Origin: the human T2T-CHM13v2.0 reference genome, Homo sapiens
Assembly (NCBI RefSeq): GCF_009914755.1
Contig: NC_060926.1
Direction: 5' to 3' (one strand)
DNA length: 64,000 nt
Shown here: in pieces, positions 38,116 through 51,302 of the stretch
How the letters are laid out: each line of letters starts with the position of its first letter
Numbering within the stretch: the stretch's first letter is position 1
Translations under genes and position numbers: made by a program
The notes under the pieces: model-generated
Databases searched by the model: none
What the model saw: only the letters and a program-made list of their open reading frames with translations
What the model was told of the DNA's origin: nothing

Positions 38116-41100
38116 CAAAGCTGCCTTTGTATACCTGTGTCAATCTGCTTGGAGCTGTCATCTGCTGTCCCAGTGCTTAGGTATTTGGGGCCTCTCTGAT
38201 TTCTTTAGATATCCTTGACAAGCCTTTTCTTTTCCTTTTCTCTTTTTATTCCTTTTCTTTGCCTCTTCCTGCCATGCAGTCACCTCCGGATGCCAGCGGG
38301 GCAGTCAAGGAGAGAGATCTCTTTCTGTGTCTTTAAATACAAGCCAGAGGCCTCTCAGTCCATCGTCTCTCTCTGCCTCCCTGTCACCTACCTCCTACTC
38401 CCCCAATCCCCCCACAGCCCCGCTCACCATCCTCTTCAAATTCCCTGCCATCCTCACCACCACCTTCACTCTCCATCTGGAGTCCAAAGATGTGAGGGCC
38501 AGTAATAGAGTGTCAGCGGAAGTAATTGATTCCTCACACCGAGAGAATTCGCCTGCCTTTAGTGTCAATGGAGCTGAACCAGAGTCTTGGAGGGTGAGCG
38601 AGACATGTAAACAGTCCGTGGCCGAGCTGTCAGGACGAAGCCAGACACACCGGAGAGTGAACGAGGGGGGAAATGGTGGAACAAATAATTGTTTTATTGG
38701 AAAGGAAAGGAATAAATAATATTTCAGCCCAGGAACTGGCAGTTTGAAAGAGATGGTTGAGAGCTTGGAGCAGAAGGATTCGTGATGCAGGTTTTAATGG
38801 AAGAGATTTTCTTTGTCTCAAAGTAGGAGGTTTCGTCCCCACCCGACCCCCCTCTCCCATTATCATCATTATTATCATTAAAATAATTACTGTAACAATT
38901 ACAGTTGATGAGACCTCAGGTTTATACAGCACCTTTCATCTAAAAGTTCAAAGCGATTTATCTATGTGTCATCTTTTGAGAGTGGTAGGAGGGTAAGAAA
39001 CTATTATTTTGGGGGGTCATCTGCTGGGAAACTGAGGTCCAAGCAGATACAAGATTTAGTCCAAGCCTCAGGGCAGGCTGCTGGGTTAAATGGTGGGGTA
39101 CTGAGTTATCTTCTTGGGGGCCTTTTCTGCTGTACTCTTCACTGCCTGGGCCTTTATACACACGTGGCTCTTGAAGCTCATCCCCGGCACTGATGCCTCC
39201 TCCCACACTGCCAGGGCCTCCACTGGTCGCTACAATATTGTGGCCAACCAGCCAGAAGCTCTGTGCGCAAAACAAACAGCCTGCTTCTGGCTGTGAGATG
39301 AATAAAGATCCTTCAAGGTCTGACTCACACAGCTCCCATCCTGCTTAGAGACTTCCTGTAATCTGGTTCCCTTTCTTGTAGAAGCTCATGTCCTTTCTAA
39401 ACATCTTTCTTCATGGTCTTATGAGGCTCTAGCCAGGAGCACCCAACATTCCTAAATGCTTGCTTCTTCCACCCCCAACAAACCCCAACCTGTTCTCTCA
39501 GAATGGAAAGGGCATTTCTGGGATGGGGAGAGAAGGTGAATGCTTTAACATGCCTCACATGGCCCGGGCTGCCTGTGCAGCATGATGCTTCAGAATGCAG
39601 CTGTCGAAAGCATAGTCACAAACGGAAGCGGTTCCAGCTGACTGGCCCCTGAGTGCTAGATTCAGAATCTCCGCCCTGGCGTGGCAGCAGCCCTTTCCTG
39701 CTTGGACATTAGTGCAGGCCCATCATTTCCACACCATGGTGTTTTTTGCACAGTAGTGACAAGTTTGCCCCTGGAGCCAGGAGAAGCTCCAAGCTCTGTA
39801 ATCTGAAGCTCCAAGTAAATGAACTCTAAAAGGGAGGCCCATCACACCTGCCACCTACTCCCAAACTGTCCCCTACTTGGATTTCTGCATGGCACGTTTT
39901 TCAGATGAGTTTTGCATCTTCCAAGTTTTGTTAGGGAGGCTGGATGCCAGCAAAGAGGAATAGAAAAATGATATGGAGCCTAAATCCCTGGAAAAACAAA
40001 AAGGACTTTTCTGTTGCTGTGGTGGATTCCCTGGTGCCCAGTACACTTCCGTTCCCAGCAGGCTCCCGTTTTTTGGACAGACGGGGAAGTTATGATTTGC
40101 CCTCACAATTGGATCCCCTGGGAGCCAGAATTAGTGTGAACACCTATTCCGGAGGGAACTGTTCACCCTGCCGAGTAAAGGGGCACTGCCAGCACACCAG
40201 GGGCCCCAGACGCTGTGCTCTGATTGCCCTTCAGTGACCACCCATGCAGGCAGCCCCACCGGGCACAAAGGCATGATTCCTGTTCCCTTTTGTCAAATGA
40301 GGCCAACTGAGGCACACAAGCATGATTGATCCAGGCCAGCGTAGGAAAATTTAGTAAGTCCTGGCCCTGCTGGGATTCACCTTTACACCTGCTAGTGCTG
40401 CTGCTGCCGCTGAGAAAAACAGAAATGGAAAGAAATTGTGGACTACTCTTCCTTTGCACTCTGGTATCATTCCAGAATGCTACCAAGGGGCCCTTTAAGT
40501 TGACTGCAGAGGGTGAGGATTTTATAGACACAGAGCAGACCAACGAAAGACCCAACACTCATGCTGAAAGCAGCCTGCCCCCAAAGCCTTAAACTTCACA
40601 TTGGCACCGGTTGCCTAGAAAACCATTCCTTACATAAGCAAACATGTTTCATCCAAGTGGCCTCCAGTGTGTGTGCTGGTCCAGAAGCAGAGCAGACCCG
40701 TGACCACACGGCCTCAGGAATGCGCCTTGCTGGCCAGCCAGGTCAGCGAGGGAAATGGTATTCACCCAAAGGACCAGTGCAGAAGTTGGGGAGGCTTTGT
40801 TGCGTGCCCTTAATTCTCTGAAAGTTCACCTTCAGAGAGACTTATCAGACGCGTTGTCTGGAGTGGCCTCCTTCCTCACGTCAGGAGGCATTCTTGGCAG
40901 CCTGCTCCATGAGGAACAATGAGATTGGCGGGGCCCTCACCATCATCGCAGGGCCTTTGCGGAAAAAGAGCCAGCAATTATAAATAGATGTTATTTGTCG
41001 TTTCCATTTTCTTGCCTTCAAGGTTTTTTGGAATAATTCCTTCAGTTTGTTTTGGGTTATTCTCTCCGTGTACTTCCTTTGGTGGGTGGTCAGACTTCCT

Positions 41101-42594
41101 CCTTTCTGAAGAGCCATGGTGACCCTGGTTGTGAGGGGATTGTGGATAAGAAGCTCAAAATATCAGCGATTTGTGGTGGGAAGAAATGAAGGAAGAAAAT
41201 ACAACTGCAAACAGCCACTATTAAAAAGGCGCTTGGTACTGATGCAGATACACAAACAAATACAGAGTTTGGTAACTGTTTGAGCCCTTGGCGTTAAATA
41301 GCAAACAAGAATAACAGCAGCAGTAACAACAAATGGCTATTCATGGAGCATGTACTGTGTGCCATACACTGTGCTGACCCATTGATATGCATTAACTCAC
41401 CAGCCTCTTGGGAGCTTGAGCACCTTGCTATCTAAGACAGCAGATGGAGGACGGGTGGTTTTGAACATAGCCTGGGCTCAGAAACACAAGTTTGAAATAA
41501 AATCTCGAAAACTCAAGTGTCTGAAACACTGTTGATGGATTTGTGCAGGGGGATGATTTTTTAGAAACCCAGCCCCAAGAAGCAGGGTATTGAGACTGCC
41601 TCTAACTGTGCTTTTCGTTTCATCTTCTCCTGTCTGGCTCCCAAGGTGTCATGTGTGTGTAACTCTTCTCTTCTCCACATCCACCATCCTGTTTTGTTTT
41701 ATGCTGGTAATAATAAAAATAGCCAGGGGCTCTCAGGTGCTTCCTTAAGGCATCTGGCACTGTGCTGGGCCTGCATGTACCTTCGCAATCCTGCCACCAC
41801 CCGCAAAGGTGGAGACTGTTATTATGTCCATTTTGTAGATGATGAAACTGAAACTCAGAGAGGTTAAATACCTTGTCTGTAATCACACCATGAGCAAGTG
41901 CCAGAAAGTAACTGGGTCTGTCCACAAAGCCCACATGCTACACTTCCCAGGTTACACAACACCCTCTTAGGTATGTTTCCGTTAACAGTAATTTAACGTT
42001 TCTTTTGTCACAGACCTTTTCCCTAGAAAAATGTGCCTACTCACAAACACAAAATTTCGGCAAACAAAGATAGAGCTTCCCCAACCCACTTACACTTGTG
42101 TGTAGGCCCTAGGAGAAATCCCCGCATTTAAGAATATGTGCTCTAGATGATAACTTAAGAGCTTATAAATATATGGGATGCTGCTTTCTCACTCCATGGG
42201 CCATATGTTCACATATGGATATATATGTGCTTATAAAAATACTCCACTTACAAAAATTAATATGTTATCCCATCTGAACTCTTACAAGCTAGATTTCTGC
42301 TGGGTGAGTCTTGAAATCATGGATTCCAAATCCGCTCACTTTTCCTGTTGGTGATTTGTCTATTAATTTTGGTAAGTCCTTCAGCCTTGTTTAAACAGAA
42401 CAACTCAAAAGAGCAAGATTCTGTTAAGTCTCTTACATATCTTACACCCATTTTGTGGAAACCTAACTGAGGCCCTAAGGATTCTTTACACCTGGTACCT
42501 GCTAATGCTATTGTGCTATGGCAATCCGGTATTTTCATTGCCCTCAGATCTTCCTCCCACAAGGAGACAAAGGGAGGAAGGGAAGGTCTCTGTG

Positions 42595-42805
42595 CCCTGG
42601 AGTTTGACTACTTGGGTTCAATGCCTGTCTCTGACCTTTCCTCCTCATGTAACCTTGGGCAGGTCACTTAACTGCTCTGAGCCTCGATGTCTGCATCTGC
42701 AAATGGATGGTAATTGTAACAGGGCCTGGTTTGGATGAAATGAGGATTAAATGAAATAATATCTGAATCAATGGCCTGGCCCATAGTAAATGCTCAATAA
42801 AATGT
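42595..42805 (+). mobile_element. MIR
   Basis: accttgggcaggtcacttaactgctctgagcctc...gaggattaaatga...cctggcccatagtaaatgctcaataaa. Confidence 0.75.
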
Positions 42806-43519
42806 GAACAGTTTGCAGATATACCAGCTTTTTAGTAAATGGGTGGTACAGATGCAAGGCAGAAATTCAAGGAAATGAAATTTACTTTAAAAAGTCTGAC
42901 CTGACAGTGAGCTGACTTCTCCATAAAGGCTAGGTGACTGTACTGAGCCTAAGGAGCAGGTGGCCTGGCTTCAGGCCTGAACCGACCAGAGACCTCAGCA
43001 TTGTGCAGATCTGCCTTGCGGCCTTTTTAGACATCGTGCAGCTTCTTTGTTGGGAAGTTGTATGTGACAGTGCTGTTTTTTTTCCTCCTAATTTCCTCAC
43101 AGGTTTTAATGTAAGGATTAATAAGACAGTGTTTGTAGATGTCTTTGAGCCTCCTGGAAGAAAGGCACTCCAGGAGGTGATAAATTCTCTGGCCTGGATA
43201 ATCTACTCATGAAATATGGAACTTTGAAAGTGTGAGAAAAATCTCAAATCACTTTGACAGCATTTTAATTATAGTTGATTTGTTTGCCGCTAATAGTGAA
43301 AATGCTGTCAGCATGATTTGAGATGTTTCTTCCACTCAAAATGTTATATTTCATGTTTTTGAGACACAAGGCAACATTTTGGTTTTCAGATACAACCAGA
43401 ATAGCTCAGTAAATGTGTTGGGGCACAAAGACAGAGAGTATAAAATGGATCAAACTCCACGGAAAGCATCATCGTAGCACGCATTCTTCTCAACATGGAA
43501 CACCAGCCTGAAGTCCCTT

Positions 43520-43910
43520 ATTCATTTACATTTATTTACTCAACAAAAAGTGAATGAGACCTCCTACATGCCAGGCACCAGGGAAGTGTCGTAAATTCAG
43601 CAGTGAAGAGGCAAGGTCCTTGCCTTCATGGTGCTTATTGTCTGGTGCAGGAGACAGATCATAAACAAATAGGTATATTGACAAGACCTTTCCAGATTAT
43701 AATCATAGCTATGAAAGAAGTAAGATGATGGTGAGATAGAGAATAAGGGCATGCCATCTGAAATAGGGTGGTGACAGCAGGCTTCTCTGTGGAGGTAACA
43801 TTTGTCCTTAAGCCTGAAGGATGAGCAACAACCAGCCCTGGAAAGCACCAATGAGGAGTACTGCAGGCAGAGGAAAGAGCGCTTGCAAAGGCCCTGGGGT
43901 TGGAAAGAGC
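43520..43910 (-). mobile_element. LINE-2 fragment
   Basis: ttcatt...cctacatgccaggcac...cctgccttcatgg...ggaggtaacattt...tgcaaaggccctggg, typical antisense L2 3' region. Confidence 0.65.
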
Positions 43911-45829
43911 TCACCATATACAAAATGTCTTCAACATCTTATGATCTTATGATGAGCAGTGTGAAAGGAGGCCTTGCTTGGTTGGCAAAGGTTATGATGT
44001 CAGGACTTGGGCAGAGATGTTCTGATACGTAGACCCAAAAGAAGGGGCAGAGTATTCTTCCTCCGAAGACCTAAGTACTCTATCTTCGATACAGAAATCC
44101 CCTTCCAAGTGGTTCTGTGTGGCATCCCTAAAGCGGGATTCTGACAAGGGCCAGACATTTCGGTGCCCTGAGAGAAGGACCTAAGCTTGGTGAATCTTCC
44201 AGCACAGGCTCCGTTGACTAACCCAGCCTTTGGTGCCCTGCTGGGAAGTGTCAAGCGTGGAGACAGTTATGGAAACTAGAAAGCCCTTTTTCATGTTTGC
44301 CTAGTGATGAGAGGAAGAGATGAGATTGTTGCTTTTTCATATCTCTCCCGTGGACTCTTAAAATTAACTTCACTGTCAAAATTTCCCATGGCCCAAATGT
44401 AGGTTTGGGGAGAGAAATGTAAGACTTTGAAGTTGAGAAAGAAAGTAGAGAAAGCATTCTCTAGACAAATGCTCACCATGCAGACTTCAGAATCTGTGAG
44501 GAGACAAATAAAAAGGCACTCGGGGAACCGTTTTAGAGAGAAAATAAAGAACTGGGAGTAGAGATGGCTACTTCAGCTCAGGAAAAAAATAAATAAAACA
44601 ATACAAGGTAGTGTTAAAGCTTTGAAAGGAATTTTTCGTTTAGGAGAGATTATGGATAATGAAATGCAAACACTCTAGTTAATATGTCTGTTAGCTGGTT
44701 TATGTTGCCTTCTGGAAAACGAGTGATACATTCTAAGAGGAGCAGCTTTTCAAGTTATCCTACTTGACTATCGTTGGGGTGAGCTCTGAGTCTGTACCCC
44801 GGATTCCTTTACCAAACACTGGATATTAGACACTAGATGCAAAGCCGTATTTATTCCAAAGCCAGAAACTTCCTAAGCCTCTGCCTAACTCTTCACAAAT
44901 GAACCTGACAACACTGAAATTTCTAAGGAGATTTACTCCAGCTGTAGCAAATCCCTCATAATAAAAAATTTCCCCAAATGAGTCAGTCACACAGGAGGTA
45001 AATGAGACATTCTGTATGAAGTCAGCATGTCATTTGGAGTGTGCCCTTTATATAAAAGGCCCAGCCAGAAGACCATGTGGTTAAGTGGGGCTTGTCCACA
45101 GGGCAGAACCAGAAGACTGGAAGTTGGGGGGATTTCAGCTGCCGAACTGTAACTCTGTGTCACTTCCCCTCAAGCAAACCTTATAGAAAAATCTAGTTTT
45201 TCTAAGAAGTTCAAGTAAGGTTTGTTGATTATTTGCTTCACAAAAGGATTCAGCAGAGGGGTCCTTTAACTAACAAGCTCAGAGAAAAAATTTATAGTAT
45301 GATTGAATTATATGAAGCTTTTTCAAAAATGCATCCCTTCTCTATATGTGTGTTAGATACATAAGGATGTATTTGTTGCAGGCAGCATTACAAGAAGGGA
45401 TTTGGGGTGGTCTGTATCCGTTGAGTAAATTGAGGCAAGCTTGTAACAGTGGCATTTGTTGGGCAGCCCTGCTTCATTGCTGATTCTGTTAATCCCCTAA
45501 ATGACTCCATGGGTGATTAGGCAACCAGATAAAACCCTCTCACTTCTGATGAACAAGCCAGTGGGATGGCAGGGCCTCTCTTTGTCCTTCCTAGAGAAAT
45601 TGGCAACACAAAGACTGGAACTATCTGGTGAAGCTTTAAAAAAAAAGTTTAAAAAATTATTTATTGAATGTGGGTCATGTCCTTGGCACTGTTCCAGATG
45701 TCCCGACCTACTGTGTCTCATTTATTCCTCACTCCAGTTCTGTGACATGGATGATGATGGTGATGATGATGAACTTCCTTCTACATCTGCTAAATCATGA
45801 CAGCTGGATTCTTTTACAAAGAAGAGAGA

Positions 45830-46330
45830 AAAAATTACCAATTATCCTACCACCCATGTCTGTCGCCATTGTTCATATTTTAGTAGTCTTTCAGACTTCC
45901 TCTGTATGTTTATGTGAGGAAATGTATGTATACCTTTTAAAACATACTTTTAAAAAATCTCCTTTTTAAAAAGTTAACAGTATAGCGTGAACATTTTTCC
46001 ATAAAAACAAAAAATTCTAGACCTGCAGACTATTGATTGTAGCAGGAGAGTATTCCATTTTATAAATATCCCAGATGGATTCACCCTCCCTCTACGGTTG
46101 GGCTTTGAAACCATTTATAAGCAAAATATCCTCCCACTTTTTATATTTTTTCAAAATATATGCACAAAGATGCATATGCATCTTTGCACAATTGTCTGAT
46201 TATTTTCTTAGGAAAAATTCCTAGCAGTAGGATTGCTGGATTAAAGGCTATGTACATATTAACTTCTGTCACATTTCACCAAAATGCCTTTCAGAATGTT
46301 TGAACAGATTTCCATTCCCGCTGATACTAC
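45830..46330 (-). mobile_element. Ancient L1M 3' fragment
   Basis: gtattccatt...ttttcttagga.aaattcctag.agt.ggattgctgg pattern of old L1M 3' ends. Confidence 0.55.
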
Positions 46331-46429
46331 ACCTCTGCTCATTTGTTCCATTTCTGAAAACAGGGTCGCTTCTGCTCTGTGGCTCAGCCTCCTTGCCTGT
46401 GAAATGGGTGTGAAAATACAACAAATCAC

Positions 46430-46690
46430 AGTTCACATTTACTTAGCACTCACTGAGTGCCAGACTATGGACTAACACTTTAGATAGATTAGATTTTGTC
46501 ATTTAAGTCCCACATCAACCCTAGGAGAAGACTGTAATATCCCTACTTTACTCTTTTTCTCCCCATTTCTGAGGCTCAGAAAGGTTCAGTAACTTGCCTG
46601 AGGTCACCCAGCTAAAAAGTGGCCAAGCTGGGGTGCAAGCCCAGCTCTGTCTGCTTCTGGGATTGGGACTCTTGCGCTCTGGGCCATGCA
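46430..46690 (-). mobile_element. MIR
   Basis: acatttacttagcactcact.agtgccag...ctgaggctcagaaaggttcagtaacttgcctgaggtcac. Confidence 0.7.
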
Positions 46691-48029
46691 TTTCTTAGTC
46701 CAGATGAGTTGTCTGATTAATGAACATGGGTAGCAGAGCCTCTCAACCTTTGTGCACATTGCCAGGGCATCACCATTGCTCACAGGAATGTGTCTGTCCA
46801 GCAGTGCTTGCCTTAGTGTGAAAATAGCACGGAGGGGTTTTCTGGAAGGTTTGGGAGTTTCCCCTGAGAACAAATGAAGCGTCTTTTTACTTTTGTTTTG
46901 GAAATGAGGAAGCATGTTTTCAAAGTCAGCACCATCTCCCACACTGAAACCACAGACCTAAACAGATTCCCCAACCTCACGGCCTTCTCAATCTGTGACC
47001 ATCTCTCCATTTCTCCCTGGGGGTTGAAACTGCCATTTTGACTTCTCCAGACTCTAAGGAGCTTCAGCGGTTCTTTTTGGACTGTGGGAGTCCAGCCCTG
47101 TGGGGTCTAAGAATGAATTAATCCTGGCCCACTCCTTAGACTTCCTTTACAGGCCTATTATTTGAAAGTGGCTAAGTAACATAGCTCCTGGGGGCTGAAG
47201 TGAGGCCTCAGGCCTCCCCAGCTCACACCAGCCACTCCTTCCGGCAGCCGGCAACCCCAGATCCTTGTATGTGACAGGATCCTTTGGCAGGCACATCCCA
47301 CAGAAGGGTGCATTCCCAGCCCTCTCCTTACCCGCAAGGAAGAGATTTCTTAAGTGTTGCTTTAACAGGTTGATGCAAAATAAATAAACAGAAAGGGAGG
47401 GAGAGGGAGATGGATGGTTTTCAGTAAATAATGGTGCAGCAGCCAGCAGTTGGAAGGGAGCTGGTGGGAGGAAGTTTCCCACCTAAGCAGTTGTGACAGG
47501 AGTATTAACTGGGAGCCCAAAAGCAGCACAAACGCAGCACAGTGAGGACTGCCAGAGCACATACCGGGGCTGGAAAATGTGTGTCTGTCAAGATAAAATG
47601 GTGCATTATGTTTGCACCTTCCCATGAACGGAGCCAAGGGTATCTTTGAGGTGCCTGCTTCCCAGCCCTGGCCAGTTTGACTCTGCTTCAAATGAGCACA
47701 GGCCTCCACTTCAGGAGGGCAGCCTGCCCTGCCTCTCACTGAGGCTAATAGTTGTGTGCACGTAGACAGTGGGCCCCTGGAGACTCACCCCTGCTTTTGG
47801 AGAAAGGTTTTTATCGCCTTATCTAACATGAGGCTGATTCCTTTTAAGAACACATGTTGACTAGACACTGCTGATGGGAACCTCGCAGAGTCATCTTAGG
47901 GAGGCGGTGGCCCACGGGTGGGGAGTCTTTGTCACTAACAATTAAAGAAGGGATGGCCCAGGGGAAAATTGAAACAGGGGGCTGGAGGGAGATGGGAAAA
48001 TAAACAAATGTCTCTGAAACATCCCCCGT

Positions 48030-48200
48030 GTGCCTGGCACAGTGCCTAGCCCCTTACATATATATTTTTTTTCATTCTATCTTCTCCCCAGCCTTGTGGA
48101 GTGGATATTTTTATCCTCATCTTACAGATGAAGAAATTGATGCTCAAAGGGGTTCAGCAGCTTGCAATGTCACAGAGCTAAGAAGGAGAGACTAAGATTC
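48030..48200 (-). mobile_element. MIR
   Basis: tgtgcctggcacagtgc...ttacagatgaagaaattga.gctca. Confidence 0.6.
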
Positions 48201-48532
48201 TGAGAGAGCATAATGGAAATAAAAATGGTGCTATTGAAGGAAGAAAAAAATGTGTTTTGTGATATTTGATAGAACGATGCTCCTGCTCTTACGTGGGCAA
48301 GAGATAAGGCCTTCCAGCCATGTGTTTATTCACTCTGTGGCTTTCACAAAGCACAACGACCTGCAGTATCTCTGTTTGCCAGTCTGTACAAGCAGACATA
48401 AGTGCCCTTCGCTTATCCATCTGAAACACCTTAACTTCTGCAAATGAATAGAGAGACATAAGTGGGAGCGACACAGTGGTCCTTCTCATGTCCTTCGAGT
48501 GATCTTTTCTTGTCTGTGCCATCCCCACCCAG

Positions 48533-48714
48533 GTATGACTTTATCGAGATTCGGGATGGGGACAGTGAATCCGCAGACCTCCTGGGCAAACACTGTGGGA
48601 ACATCGCCCCGCCCACCATCATCTCCTCGGGCTCCATGCTCTACATCAAGTTCACCTCCGACTACGCCCGGCAGGGGGCAGGCTTCTCTCTGCGCTACGA
48701 GATCTTCAAGACAG
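48533..48714 (+). CDS. NRP2: NRP2 exon 3 (second half of CUB a1, YDFIEIRDGD...GFSLRYEIFKT)
   Basis: Acceptor ccccacccag|, donor CAG|gtcagt; CUB motifs YD..EI.DG, CG, FTSD, GF; 182 nt. Confidence 0.98.
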
Positions 48715-50999
48715 GTCAGTGTGGTCACACGTAGGGGCCGGGAGATGGGCGTCTTAGAGAAGAAGGAGGGACAGCACCCAGTGGGCTGAGGCACTGGGTA
48801 AGGGTGACAGTGTCATCCAGCTTGAGCATGGTGAGAGGTTCAAGGTGAACCCACAAACATCATGAGAAGAAGAGCCAGCTCAGATTATCCACCAGCTTAA
48901 GGGGGCGGGCTGTGGGCGGGGGGGTGGGGGTGGGGTCAAAACAGCCATTGTTTGTGGTATTAGACAAACAGAAAAACACTTCTTGAAAGAATTGGATTTT
49001 TGTATGTTTTTTAAAATCAAAATAATCTTCATGGGAAAAAGCAAAACTCTGATGACTTTCTCACGATTACTTCATGGTCTAATGATGTCTTTATTTGGAA
49101 CTACATGGGGCTGAGGACATAATCTTTTCATTGTTTGGAGTCTCTAAAGATCTTGCCATGACCTCCCAAATGGGGTCACACCATAGCTTTTAAATTAAAA
49201 TAAGGTTCCTAGAAATTCCCCTTGGCAGTCCATGTTACCACCTCTGTCCATTGAACCCCTACTCTCTAAATGCCAATGAACTTGACTCCCTGAAAAGCAA
49301 TCAAAAAATAGCAGAAAAAGAGTCAGAGGGCACTGCACTTGCTTTAAGTTGACTGCTTGATTTCCATCAGGTCCCCCTTAGATTACTTTAGGGCCTGAGA
49401 ATATGGGCCAGTGCTCATTTCCAAAACTAAATACAGCAGACTTTTATTCACAAGACCCCGCTTCATCAGCTACACTCAGTGTAGCTCTCCCAGTGGTGTG
49501 TCCTCTTCTGTGATGTGTGGAGCTTGTTATCTCGAGGCTAAGGGAAGCATGTCCTCCAGTCCTCCCCACCCACCACCCACTCCCTTCCTCAGAGGCTCCC
49601 CTTCCATCTATGTGTGTGTCTCCCCTCTCCCCCCAGCAGCCCAAGTTTTACAACTCGTGGATGGAGTCTGGTTCGAGGGGAGGTTGTCAGCCTTGTCATC
49701 AAGAGGCCCAAGACCGGCGCCTGTTGAGTTCAGTGTGAGGGGAACTATTCATATATATTTTCTTTTTCACTAAACAGCTCTTGAAAGGAAGTGGTAGCTG
49801 CTGAAAGCACTTTTTATATCCACTCTGTCTAAATATTTGTCGGATTTGTCTGCCCGAGAACAAGAACGTGGAATCAAATGAAGGGGTGGGGCAAGGGGAC
49901 TGTGTCATGCAAGAGTGGCAGCCCAGGCTGCTGCAGGGCACAGGTCCCAAGAAGGTTTCTCTGCCTTGGGTTTTCATGCTCCTGACTATGATGAGGTCAC
50001 AGGGGCTGACAATCTGTGTGTCCAGTGGCTCAAGCTGTTGTGAGGCCCCTGAATAGCTTGATCCATATTCCCCTGAGTCTTATGCAAAATTCAGATCAAT
50101 GCCACCAGCACCAGTGGAGCATCCTCTGCTGCCGAGCAGTGGGGAGAATAAAAGAGAAAGAAATAAAAGGGGATGCTTGCTCTCTTCGGGTTGGAGAGGC
50201 AGGTGTGCAAACCCTTTGCACGTAACAGATTCGCAGGTGATGTTATTGGATGAGTATGTATGTAAATTGAAAGGAAAACTATGATATGAGGCAGAATGAA
50301 TAAGTGCAAAGTAAAGGTACAATTGACATGTGGTGGTTATGAAAATGGGGGAGCAGTCAAGTGGCTTAGCAATCGAGGGGCTCCAGAGAATCTATTCAAT
50401 AGCAAGGTCCCTAGTGCTAATGCTGCCACTCGGCTGCACTGTGCTGGCCATGAAAGGAAAACAGCTCCAAGCAAGATCTTCCAGGAAGCTGGCCAAGGGA
50501 AGTCAGAACAAGGGTGAGCAGGGCCATGAAAACTCAGCCTTGGTCTCACACCACCCAACTTAGTATTTCACAAGGCATCATGCTACATTCTCCAGAAAGC
50601 CACAGGAAAAGTCAATGTTCACTCTATCCATCATGCAAATTTGAAAGGAGGATATTAAAAGATAAAACATGTAAGAGGGTATCATAATTCAATATCGCTG
50701 TCTTGAGGACATGCTGAAGCAGGATTTCAAATGAAGCAACAAGTCTGTGAACTGCCTAGAAACAATGGTGCCAGCCAACGGAGCTAGGTGGCTTCAGCTT
50801 GGAGAAATGGGGTGGCCTGCTTTAAGGATTGGGGTTGCCTAGTGAAGAGATTGTAAGAGAAAGCCCTGCCAACAACAGCCACACTCCTGGCAATGTAAGA
50901 GAGCAGATGAGAGCCCATAGACTTCTCAGGGCCACTCGTACCTGCCGTCATACCCACCTGCTGCTGGAAGAGCAACTGTCCGCATGACAGTCAGTCTTA

Positions 51000-51302
<303 letters not shown>

